A stretch of DNA of 64,000 nucleotides from Tubulanus polymorphus. Lineage: Eukaryota; Animalia; Nemertea. The notes under the pieces were generated by a model. It searched no databases. It was not told where the DNA came from and saw only the letters and a program-made list of their open reading frames with translations. The translations under genes and the position numbers were made by a program. The stretch lies in assembly GCF_964204645.1 (NCBI RefSeq), contig NC_134029.1:186001-250000 (forward strand). The letters are read 5' to 3'. Position 1 is the first letter of the stretch. Every line of letters begins with the position of its first letter. This document shows positions 28,488 to 41,800 of the stretch, one piece after another.

Positions 28488-29697
28488 AGCTACTCGTTTA
28501 CTATGACTCAAGGTTAGGACAATTAATTTTACTGAAAATTAATTTTACTGAAAGATACCTGAAATATCTCCTTTTTAGAATAAAGAAATCCAATTGAAAG
28601 ATGACCCAATCTGTAATTGGCAATATGCTAATTAAGTCCATTTAGAAAGGTAATTCTTTCTGTCGTGTATCTAAGCCACACGTTAAATTAATGATCTACG
28701 TTACAGAACACGATGTTGTCTGTAGCATCGATAAAGCGTTAAAAACAGTTTGTCGAACAAGACGTAAACTACAAACAAACTTAGTTTTACAAGCGGAATA
28801 GTAAACAGGAGTAACGAATACTAGTTTAATGTTGTTAGACATGACGTACTCAACTAACACTAAACCGTCATCTTATCTGAAACTGATAAAACCATTTCAA
28901 TTCCATATTGTCCGCTTTTTCACTGTGTACAGGGCCGCCCAGATTAAGTCACTCGTAAATTTTCTGAAAAGTAAATTCTTATTGCTATATCACCAAATCA
29001 GCCCTAGACCACTTGATCGTCAGCCCGACATTGCCTTTATGTAGCCTGCGACTTTTTTTTGTTTTGTGTTGTGACTTATGTGTACGACCCTCAAGATTTG
29101 GCGGAGCCCTACTAAGATCGAGAATAATAAATTACCTAATCGTTAGTGGTAAGCTTTTATAATCGGATGGGCTTTGTGAAAATATCCGATCTTGAAATTA
29201 AACCACAGAGTGTTACGACTAAGCTGGGAACAGATGTTTATATACTCAAGTCTCGCTTATGATAAAAGTCTTGAAAAATGTTAAAATTTCATTGTTAAGA
29301 ATTCGAGGGACAAGGACAAGTTTTACGTCATTGGAAGCTTACATAGAATATCTACTTCACTTTCTTCACTTGGAATAATTTGTTTTGATCGAAACATTGT
29401 CGAACGCTCGTCCTCGACTTGGCCGAGAGAGTCTAGCTACTTGACCTCCTGCTGATAAAAGTGCCAACGTTTGATAAGATTTGTATATAAAAATACAATC
29501 CTCAGGTGAACCCGCTTAAAACTGAACTTAACAGATATCTAAAACATCACTACAGTCGCCAGAGTCTTCGAGAGAGGAATAGTTTGACAGTTTTTGGCGG
29601 TAAGTGAAGTTCGTCCCCTTCTAGTCCTCATTACACTCCTAATGCGCCACCGTTCTATCGGATTCGATCTCCTCGCGCGCCACCTTCCTCTGCCAGG

Positions 29698-29704
29698 TAT
29701 AAAA
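29698..29704 (+). promoter_or_regulatory. TATA box of the SLC6 gene
   Basis: TATAAAA preceded by a GC-rich BRE-like stretch (CGCGCGCC), about 160 nt upstream of the ATG at 29863. Confidence 0.5.
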
Positions 29705-29862
29705 ACAGCTGAGATTCTGGGAAGTGTTCATTCGTTGTTCAGCTCGAGCGTGGTCCACATGGGATTAGTGAATTCAGCTCTAATACAAATCCGAATGCGT
29801 TTAGAAGTTTGTCAGATTGTCATTACCATCTTCGATATTGCCATTTTTAGACGGGAATCAAC

Positions 29863-32800
29863 ATGAAGGATTATTTGAATTGCTGCCAAAAAGCGCCTAA
29901 ATCCATCCGTTCTGCTGACCAGGATGGAGACCGAGAGCGCGAAGATACAGCTCCAGAAAAACAACCAATCAAAGAAATTAGTACCGTAGATGTTGGTGAC
30001 GACGGCTACCAAAAACGAGAAACGTGGTCCCGAAAAATAGACTTTCTTCTGGCTTGTATCGGATTCTCTGTGGGTTTAGGCAATGTTTGGCGGTTCCCGT
30101 ATCTTTGTTACAAAAACGGAGGAGGTGAGTTAAAGTTTCTCAAAATAGTCCTTCTTTTCTTCAAAAAACAGCAATGTGTGATTTAACGGGGTTTATAGAA
30201 AAAAAGTAGAGGCCGTTTAGCAGGTTAAGAACACCTGCCATTTTACTCGCTACGCCTTAAATTATCACCTACCACCGGTACTGAAAAGAACAGGTTCTAT
30301 TCTGATTTAGGGCAGGCCTGAGAATGGGTTAATTACCGGTTCTGTTTTTTTAAACCAAATTGCTAAGAATAGTCTGTAAATCCTGTAGAATATCTGGTGG
30401 CAATAAAATGTTTTTACGTGTATGAAAATGAACTGTTCAGAAATTCTATTCGCGCCGCGCTTAGAAAAGGGAAATTTCATTTCTACGATTGAATATAATT
30501 ACACTCCTGATTTAAAGATGGAGGGGTTACCACGGTTACGGTGGTAGACTGCGTGTAAAGTTGCAGTGGAAAATTCCCAACCTTGATACACGGAGCTAAC
30601 GGAGCCTGTGCGCCGAGTGACTCTTATGAATGTCATTAGACAGAATCGAACCATTCACCATACTGTCTGCTTCATTGATAATTCCGTTACTATAGAAACC
30701 GTATCTCTTGAAGTTGTTGGATTATGCTAAACTAGTGTCGCGCTGGGTGCGAGATTGTCTCAGGGTGGAATGACTGAGCTAGCCGAGACTGAGCTAGCCG
30801 AGACTTGAGTTCACTGAACTTGTTTCAGTTTAGACAATAGAAATTGATGATGTCCTTTTTTAGCATAATTGTGATTTGTATTAAAGTGAATGTTAATGTA
30901 AATGACCTTGGGCCAGTTGCTCAAAAGTTGGTTACAGTTAACCAGTGGATAGTTGATATGGTGACAATTGAAATTTCATTGTTACTATGGTATTTAACGG
31001 CTGGTTATCTTTAACCAACTTATGAGCAACTGGCCCCTGCTGTGTATAATGTGTCGTCAGTGTTCTGTGTGATATTTTACTAGAAAGTTTCCTGTGCATG
31101 TCCTGTACACGAGGCTGTACATGGCGACGAGGCCGTGCATTGTATGCAGATTGTGTATGCAGTGATTCATCTGATTTATATTGCGTCCATGATACTCCCC
31201 TTCACCCTCCCCCCTTCACCCTCCCTCCTTCACCCACCTACACAATGTTATTGTTACATGAACACTATTTTATTCGCACTAATTTCAATCAGTCATTAAT
31301 TGTTCTTAGTCCCTGATTAAGAGCTGAGAAAAGTCCTTTGTCTTGTTGAGTTGCCCTGTAGTTTGGGACAAAGGAATGTATGGTCAGTTAGGAGGTTTGA
31401 CATCAATCTGTTGTACCTGGTGGGAAGTGTTTCTAGTAAAACTCAGATAAAGATGAATCGATTCCAGGTGGTGGTGGGGGGAGGGGAACACAGACTGATT
31501 TTGTTTAATTGCTAGTTTGATGTTTGAGTTATATGAATAATTCCATTGAAGAAATATCTGTAAAAGGGGTTTAACTGCTGCGTCGTCGTGGTTACCAAAA
31601 CTATTCGTTCATTTCCAAGTTGAAAGATATAACTCTGTGAGAGACTTTTCTGATTTCTAGTTTTATGGAACTGTTTGTAGACAATTACAAATTGAATCCT
31701 CAGTTTTACAGTGAGGCTTTCTACTGAACACTATCTAGCCTGTCTCTTAGTAAATTGAATTGAACTCAAAAATGAGATTAAATAAAATTGAGATAACTTC
31801 AGAAGTGTTACGATTTATCAGATGTTTGACTCATGTTCTAAACAATCATTTCCATGGTTTTTTGTAGTTTAGGTGACGTTTGTTGATAAGATATTCAAAT
31901 GTGACAGGTTGAGTGAATACTGTATACGAGCTAACTGGTCTATTTTATCTCATCTCTGTCTCTCTGTTATTGCTGATACAGAAATCTAGATTTGGCGAGA
32001 TTGTTAAGATTGAACATCGTTTTTCTTGAATTTTGAAAACGAGCTGAGATTTATTTCATAGAAAATTCTGCGTCCTTTGTTTGAGTCTTGTCTGTTTGAG
32101 TCTTGTCTGTTTGAGTCTTGTCTGTTTGAGTCTTGTCTGTTTGAGTCTTGTAGTTGTGAACAAAGAAATGCAAGTATAGCATTTTTCTCTTTCAAAAAGG
32201 AACAACATCATGACATGTTCCTGTTTCCATGTTTCCCTATGTCGGCATGTGTTGGGCTTCCTCATGAAAAAAGTAGTACTTTAAAGCCTAAATCAGGCAA
32301 AGGGATTATTACACTGATAAAGAAATTAGATGGGAACATGTTTTCTCTATTGCTATTTTAAAGCGTTTGAGTGAAATGAATTATTAAGGAATATCTTAAA
32401 AGTGATTCATCATGTTATTTAATGTAGGTATATTCTGTAATGGTAACCAAAGTTACCGTGTATTTCCAAGCTGACAAATATTTCATAACAGTGATTATGG
32501 TCACAATTGAAGACATTTCTAGTTTTAACTGAGGTATTAAAATCAAATTTACATTCTATACCGAAGGACAAGTTGACAACTTGACGACAAATGACGACTT
32601 TGCACGCTTAGTAAATTGAATTAGAAATATGAATTTAGACCAAAAAATATAAATGATTTCAGGTGAGAATCCACACACACTAATCAAACCAGAGAGATGA
32701 AAAGTTAAAGCTAATGATTTATTATTCGGCTATAAATTAATAGTCACCTTCAGGAAACCTTACGGACATCATCTCCTTTTATATGAGTGCAGCTTCCTCT

Positions 32801-35800
32801 ATGTATAATTATTGAGTTCATGATTCCAGTGATTACATTTCAGATATTTTCTATAAAACCTTTTATTCGTCATATATAATTCAAGTCTTATGATATATTA
32901 TTGTTGATAGATGATATTGTTGATAAGATCGATTTAAATGTCACTTGAATAATACTCAGACTGGTCTCTGATATCTCGTATCTCTTTAAAATTGACACAA
33001 AATTCTAGATCAGTTTCAAATATTGGACTACAATTTTTCTGAATGGTTTGTTTGTGAAGTGTATGTATCGTGTGATGGTTTAGTACTGTCTAATTAATGA
33101 TGTTCCGGTCTCTGAGACTATCAGACTTCTCATATCGATCTTACACCAAATTAGTGCCAAGAAAATGGGATTGACCATAAATACTAAATCAATACATGTA
33201 ATCAATATCAATCGATACTGTATTGTAATGATATTGATATATGTCGATGTGAAGCTGGTAACTAAGTTTCATGTCATTTCATATATTCGGCAAATTGTTA
33301 GACCTATATAATTTCCGTTTCTGATGGAAGGAAGTAATATTAACATTAGCTGTGTATTTATCCCTGAGGCAAGGAATACATCAGAATACATCAGAATAAA
33401 TAAGCGAGCGTTTGAGATTGAATCAGTGACTATCATCAGATACATGTCTAGAGGTTGATCATACACAGCCGGCTTGTGCAGATCATTAACCCTCAATGAG
33501 GACCCTATACACCCCTCACAGCGTGTGCCCTACACCCCTCACAGCATGGACCCTACACCCCTCACAGCGTGGACCCTACACCCCTCACAGCGTGGACCCT
33601 ACACCCCTCACAGCGTGGACCCTACACCCCTCACAGCATGGACCCTACACCCCTCACAGCGTGTGCCCTACACCCCTCACAGCGTGGACCCTACACCCCT
33701 CACAGCGTGGACCCTACACCCCTCACAGCATGGACCCTACACCCCTCACAGCATGGACCCTACACCCCTCACAGCGTGGACCCTACACCCCTCACAGCAT
33801 GGACCCTACACCCCTCACAGCGTGGACCCTACACCCCTCACAGCGTGTGCCCTACACCCCTCACAGCATGGACCCTACACCCCTCACAGCGTGGACCCTA
33901 CACCCCTCACAGCGTGGACCCTACACCCCTCACAGCATGGACCCTACACCCCTCACAGCATGGACCCTACACCCCTCACAGCGTGGACCCTACACCCCTC
34001 ACAGCGTGGACCCTACACCCCTCACAGCGTGGACCCTACACCCCTCACAGCGTGGACCCTACACCCCTCACAGCGTGTGCCCTACACCCCTCACAGCGTG
34101 GACCCTACACCCCTCACAGCGTGGACCCTACACCCCTCACAGCGTGGACCCTACACCCCTCACAGCGTGGACCCTACACCCCTCACAGCGTGGACCCTAC
34201 ACCCCTCACAGCGTGGACCCTACACCCCTCACAGCGTGGACCCTACACCCCTCACAGCGTGGACCCTACACCCCTCACAGCGTGGACCCTACACCCCTCA
34301 CAGCGTGGACCCTACACCCCTCACAGCGTGGACCCTACACCCCTCACAGCGTGGACCCTACACCCCTCACAGTGTGGACCCTACACCCCTCACAGCGTGG
34401 ACCCTACACCCCTCACAGCGTGGACCCTACACCCCTCACAGTGTGGACCCTACACCCCTCACAGCGTGGACCCTACACCCCTCACAGTGTGGATAGGCTG
34501 ATTCCAGGCGCTATATTCAGATGTGTATTACATATAAGAACAGTAACGATTAGTTTTACTACAGTAATCCAGCTGTTATCTCTGCATTTTATAAAACTAT
34601 GGAATTATAGGCCTATATCAGCTGTTAGCACCCTCTGGCTTGTCCCCCAGTCAGCCTGTATCTGTATCCCCTCCCCCAGCCAGCCTGTATCTGTACCCCC
34701 TCCCCCAGCCAGCCTGTATCTGTATCCCCTACCCCAGCCAGCCAGCCTGTATCTGTCCCCGTACCCCCTCTCCCGATATTGATACATTTACCTATGATTG
34801 AGTATTAAAACTGTGAATACATTGTTAAAGAGCTGTTTAAACCTATTTACAGTAGCCAGGTCTGTTTCAACAATCTCTGCTGCATTTTTATATCGGTGAA
34901 AACTGATATCAAATATAAAGTGGTTTTATTTTATGAGTGAGTAGACTAGTATTTCAGCCTCTCAGTCAGTAGGGCAGTATGTACTTAACACGGATTAACC
35001 TTGAACTTTCTATAATACATTGAGTTAATCAACATAGTTAACAGTGACGTCATTGATAAACCAGTTCTATTCTGATAAAACTGCCCCCTGCACAAACTGC
35101 ACCCTGCGCGCCTCTCAACTGTTTCTAGTTACGTTTCTAGTTACGTCTGGCTTTTTGTTATTATGATAAGATATGTAGGTGTGTTGTATGTATGGATGTG
35201 GAATATGATTGAAGTATCACTTCAATACATCTGTCTATATATAATATATCTATCTGTAATGTGTTGGTTCAGTTAGTACCTCTGCGCTGCTTGTGCAGTG
35301 CCTGAGTTTTGTAGTGTTTGGCAAAGTATCAATAATTCCCTGTCTCGATTTACGCCTAAACAAAATTACAGACCGTTTAATTTACGCATAGAATGACAAA
35401 TAGTAATCACAACAATACATAACATATATCAAAAGAATCGACGTAAAAAACTAACACATCAGTTAGTTTGAACGTGTCTGTCTATCTGTCAGTGTGTGAG
35501 TGGTGGAGGTATGTGTGATCTCTAACCATCATCCGCTTGCTTCAATCAGGTTTACACATATTCCAAACAAAATCTACGTGAAAATTGCGGGTAGAGATAG
35601 AGACCAAATGTCAAACTTGTCAAATAGAGAAGGGGTTGATTCTATCTAATCTTTGTTGTACAGAAAGTGTTGACAATTTTCCCCATCAGTTGATTTGTGT
35701 AATTGTATGATATGATATGATAATTTGTAGGTGCGTTTCTGATCCCGTATTTGATCTGTGTACTAGTCGGAGGTGTCCCGTTATTCTTCCTGGAGGTCGC

Positions 35801-38800
35801 TGTTGGACAATTCATGTCTAAAGGTGGAGTTGGAACTTGGTCAATTTGTCCGTTATTCGAAGGTAAGTTTTAATCCATATTTCGATGATCATTGATTAAT
35901 GTATTTGAACTTTGACCTCGATGTGAAACTAGATTACATGTATGTGTTTTATCAATATGAGCTGTTTATATGAATGATTAATAACATCCTGAATAGTGAG
36001 TCGTTTAGAACAGCCCAGAGTGTTTTATATATAGACTCAGCTATCGCTGTACAATTTGATGAGATTGATGAAAACACATTATTGAGTGTATGGAAGACTC
36101 CGCTCACACCTTTTGGGACCATAAAACAATACATTTTATACAGTTATCAAGTTATATAATTATCTTCAAGTTGAATAGTTTCCTCAAAGTTTAATAAACC
36201 TCTTGATAAAGAAGTTATATCTCTGAATAAATCAATGAGTAAAGTGTAGTGTTATTGTTTGTAGGTATCGGTTGGTCTTGTGCAATCATCGTTTTCTTCC
36301 TCAACTGTTACTACAACGTGATTCTGGCCTGGGCGTTCTACTATCTGTTCGCGTCATTTACCTCCGTGTTACCATGGTCACACTGCAACAATCCGTGGAA
36401 TACTGAACACTGCACCCTGGCGTTTAATGTCAGTAAAAGCAACCTGACAACTGATGCGGCCAACAAAACAGCAGGAGTCGATCCGGTCACAGAATTTTGG
36501 GAGTAAGCTTACAAAAACTGATTATTTAATTTCTCAGCATGTTTTTTCATCAGAACCATGTCCATCCATTCACCATTATTTATTTTTGATTAAAGAAAGG
36601 CTTTTTGTAACGTCGGGATCTGAAACAAATTGAAGTCCAACTTAGAACGGTACAAGTTTTTATGGAAGATATCGGAATTTGAATTTGGATTATCACAGCC
36701 GTGGAATTGTACTGGAGCAGTTTCCACAGCTCAGCAGAATTAACTTAGATCTTGTAATGGGTTGAACTGTCTTCAGGCCGTGTGTTCAGTGGAACCGTGT
36801 GTTCAGTGTAACCGCGGGTTCGGTGGAACCGCGGGTTCGGTGGAACCGCGGGTTCGGTGGAACCGCGGGTTCAGGTTCGTTACAAATTGGTGATATATGT
36901 CTGAAAGATGAAAATAATTGATAAAATCAGGAAATCAAAAAGCCTTTCTCCATGTTTATAGGTAATTTAATTATATGTATATGTACAATGTATTGTTAGC
37001 ACTGCACACACACACAACGTACACCACATTGTCACGTCACTGTTCAAATAGATAGATACATCCTTGTCTCTCTCCTCTCTTTGACTGTCATTCATCCCTC
37101 TTATCTTTCATCCCGTTGCTGCTGCTGCTGCTGTGTCTATCATTGTGTATCGTGTGATTCATGTTAATAGCTGGAAGCAATATCCACCACTGATACAGAG
37201 CTGACTGAATCGAACGTCAGTGATTCAGTCTAGATTCCTCTGATTCTTGAATCATGCTCTATGCTCTTGAATCATGCTCTATGCTCTACGTACCTGGTAC
37301 GGGCGCACACTGTTATACCTACCGGTATACCTGGTACGGGCGCACACTGTTATACCTACCGGTATACCTAGTACGGGCGCACTGACTGGTGTGCCATTTC
37401 CATCATGTGAAGTATGTATGTGACAATAGTTTGAGTGTGAAGTGAGTTCTCTCTTCTCTTCTCTCCTCTCTTTCCTCATTCTTCCTCTACCTGTCAGAAC
37501 TATTGTGGTAATTTATTCACTGTAAGTGAACCCCTTGTTTTCTGTTAGTTGTGGTTTAAATGATGATACACCCAATAACTACCACATCTATTCCAGTTAC
37601 ATTATTTCTCATCTGGCTCGTTGCTATAGTTATTACTCTGATATAACTTTTATTTATTTATCTCTATTTTCCTAGGAAAACACTGAATTCATCATATCCA
37701 TATTTTCCTAGTTATGATGAGTTCAGTGTGAAGGGTATTGGTATCAGTATTAATGTTGTGTGATGATTTAACCCCCCTCCCCCCACCCTCAGCTGCCGCC
37801 CGCTGGCAGGCAGACATAGTTTGTGTTGGATTTGCGCGTACTTCATATCAGTCATTTGTTTGCTATCATTGTTGTGTTATGTTATGTTATTTTGTTATTT
37901 CTAATGAATTTGAAGATTAAAAAACTCCTTTTTAGATGATATTTCTGTAAGCAGTGATTCTACCCGATTTCTGAAATATTGCTTCTTTTATTTTCTGCTT
38001 TCAAAATTTCATTCGTATCTTTGTTTTTTGCTTCCGAATAGAAATTTAAGTTGGAGTTTTTTCCATTTGTTTTTAACAACTTTTTCCGGTGAGACAAAAA
38101 ATGAACTAAAAAAATAAATCAATTTCAGAAAAATATCAATAACGTTAGATATTATTTCTCAAGTGGCGGGTTAAAAAAAGTAAGCTACAATTGAAAGGTC
38201 GTTGATAAATGCTGGTAATTTTCCATCATCTGTTAAGTTACAGCTCCGTGTCTGCTGTGTCTGCTGTGCTTGCTGCCGTGGCGACCAGACGTAGGTTGAT
38301 ATTGATTTAGTTTCACTGTTACATTATACGTGGCTCTCATTGATTGCTGTTTTGTATATGCGGAATATTTTACCCTTAAAAATACATTTCATATCGACTT
38401 GAAAATGTTTAGTATTAATTCCAACTACATTTCTCTGGTCTTCTAAAAATTCTGATTTTATCATAACGTCACTCGTCGTTGCCTAGCAACTTAACATAAA
38501 AAATGCTGGTATCAATGAAAAGTGCAGTCGGAGAGAGGCTGAGTGTATGTGTGCTTCATACATTTCCTTATTTGGATACACAGTCTAGACATCGGTTACA
38601 TACATTATTCAAATCAAACACTCGTGTTTATATTGTGACCCGCCTTCAAAACGTAGCTTACTTTTAGATATTTTCATATTGCAACAATTTTATTTCGATA
38701 GTTCTCTTGTATTAATTACCGGTAATTATAATGATTTAGTTTGTGTTGTATGTTGGGGGGGGGGCTGCATGCACCACTCTCATCATCACTGCTGCTGCTG

Positions 38801-41800
38801 CTGCTGATGATTCATCAATGCTTCCTGCTTATCACTAACATATCATAAAATGCTGCAATATGAAAATAATAGATTCCGTTCTCTACTGGTGAAACGTTTT
38901 ACATTTATCATTATTTTACTGTTTAATTACGATAAAATGATGTCGATGAAACAATTAAAATGATTTTCTGATTGCGGCTCTAAGTTTAAACGGTTCCACT
39001 TTACAAATTTGTAATAATGTATTTTAATTGTTTTTATCGTTGACATCATTTCATTCATAAAATGTTTTTATTTCAGGAATCTGCAAACTTGAAACTCATC
39101 TGGAAATGTTTTTTGTTTTTCAGCTCCTTCAGTTCACAGTTCTCTAGACAGAAGTTTTAATCACAACAAAGTTTTATTTCAGCGAGAACCAAACCAATAT
39201 TTAACTAAAAACTGATAAAAATAACAGTTGTTTTAATATAAAATGCATTGTTAATATGTAAGATAAATGAGAGAAGTGCCGGGGATTTAGAAACATCACA
39301 GATAGAAGTGCCGGGGATTTAGAAACATCACATCATACATTCCCCTCTTGAGAGCTGCTTTAAGTGAGAAATCAAAAAAGTTATTCCTAATTCATTTAAG
39401 AAATTCAAAAACCCTTTAAACAATTCACAGCATCAAAAATCAAGATTTAATAAAACTGTCAATTTATGTACAATGATTATCATTATATACTGCCTTGTTA
39501 CTCGTTTGGCCACTAGATGGCACTGCTAGTAATGTTGCGCTCTCTGATCCTAAAAAGGCTGTTGTAATACAACCTTTTCACTTTTGGAGCCTGGTTACTC
39601 CAGTGGCCACAAGAAGGCACTGCTAGTAGTGGCGCCCTCTGTTGCCTTCGTAAGGCTAATGCGGCGCCCTCTGTTGTCTTCATAAGGCGGTATATCATGA
39701 TTATATTTGATTTTTAACCTGTATCATAATCATATCCCTTTCACCCGATCCAATTCGACACAAATTCAAATTCAACCAATTTCCATTCATATTTTCGGAG
39801 CTATTTGAAATTTTGAAACGGTCCCTCCACTTGTACATGATTTAATTGTCCGATAATCATAATTTCTTTTTCTATCCCTTTGGTGCTGAATTAGAAATGC
39901 TATGAATGATATGCTCACTAGGGGGCAGGCAGGCTGTACGTCAGTCACAGTGTATACCCGTTGATGATGGCATTCTCTGCCAAACTGTGATCATACTATA
40001 AATTGCAAGGTATGTAAAACTTCGCGGTTTTTACGTCCATGCAGAAATTCACTTGGTACGTAATAAATAAACTGAACTCAGCTGCGGCTGCTGCTGCTGC
40101 TGCTGCTGCTCAGGATGGAATATAGTCGATTCCTTATGACTAATCTAAACCAATCTCTAATCAAACTACAGTAAACTCTAATTGCCTCGGATGATCGCCT
40201 CCTCACGCAATGACGATCCTGCTTCTCTATAACTGGCTCGGAGTTGATTTATTACTCAATCCTACAATATCTGACGCGAGAGTTGAGTTTACTGTAGTAC
40301 CTACTAATGCTATACCTCTTAGACAAACCTATAGTTATATATACATACAGATAGATTGCTAAATATTTGATTGAGAGGCCACTCTATTAACATATGAATG
40401 ATATTGAATTCTCTTCAAGTTTGGACAGATGTGTCAAGAGATCTTTCAGTCAGTCGGTTCTACCAATAATTCAATTATTCTCCTAATTGTTCGTGAAAAT
40501 TTTTTTTTGATTAGTCGTAAGGAATTTCTATATTTTGTTTCGCAATCATCAGATTGATATGACTGTATATGAACTGCCTCCTCAGATTGATATGACTGTA
40601 TATGAACTGCCTCCTCAGATCATCATGATGTGTTTTGATGTTATTTTAGGAATTCTATTTCCATTCGTTTCGCTTTTCGTTAAAAAAGAAATCGTCAAGA
40701 AATTCGCATAAATTATTGATTAATCAATTAATAGCCATTTTGATTGACAGCTTCTAATTACCTCTTGTCGAGATGAATTTTTAATGAGTAATTATTTTGG
40801 CTGAAATATGAACTGATTTAGGTTAAGGTAATTTAGGAATCAATTTTTTCAGTAGATTTTAGGCTTTAGGAATTTAGTTTCCTGAATTTGTTCTATCTTT
40901 TTCCAGACTGCCGGACTTTATTATTACGGTGCTTCACAAACTGTTGGTAATCGCTAGGGGTGAAATAATAATTAGAATATATATATATATTTTTTTTTTT
41001 TGAAAAAGGCGATGACTTAACTTTGTAAAAACGCGTTTGAAAGTCCTGCGAATATAACCTACGATATTTTAACGGCCACGTTTATAATGTGGTTGTCTGT
41101 ATTTGTGTTTAACCCTACCCCCCCTCGTAAGAGATGGCTCCTGTAAGTTCTTTTTGAAATATGTTTTTCAGACGTCAAACTTCGGATGAAATGTTTAAGT
41201 ATGAATATTAGCACTTATACAGTATTTTTTTAATGTGAATGTATTTTTATGTAGACACATTTTCGACTCATGTGGTTTTACAAATAACCCGTTGAGTCGA
41301 TTGAGGATGAATTTCTAATCCATGTATTTTTATAAATTTGTAGGATATGTTTCCCTAGTGGCTGAATGTCTAACCTTGAATTCTATTCTATTTTCTATAG
41401 GCGTAAAGTGCTCGGTATCAGTTCTGGTATTGATGATATTGGCAATGTTAAATGGGATTTGGCGTTATGTCTCCTGTTGGCCTGGATTGTAGTGTATTTC
41501 TGTATATGGAAAGGAATCAAGGGTTCTGGAAAGGTATCGATAAATTATCCATTTCATTTCTCAAAATTTCATATCTCAAAATACCATGTCTTGTATTCAT
41601 AGTTTTATGTCTTTAACTAAAGAATTTTCCATTATTCGAACCTAAAAAGTCTTTGAAATGGTTTTAAAGTAAATGTATGATTGTATAATTGTAGGTGATG
41701 TATTTCACTGCTCCCTCTCCGTATATATTCATGTTAGTTTTACTGATCCGTGGAGTCACTCTACCAGGAGCGTATAATGGTATTATCTACTATTTGAAAC

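Noticed and set aside
29594-29866. 90-aa ORF upstream of SLC6
   Set aside because: Non-ATG start, spans the TATA box, and has no recognisable domain.
33474-34782. ORFs of 310-428 aa in all three + frames
   Set aside because: A stop-free 23-bp tandem repeat in SLC6 intron 1.
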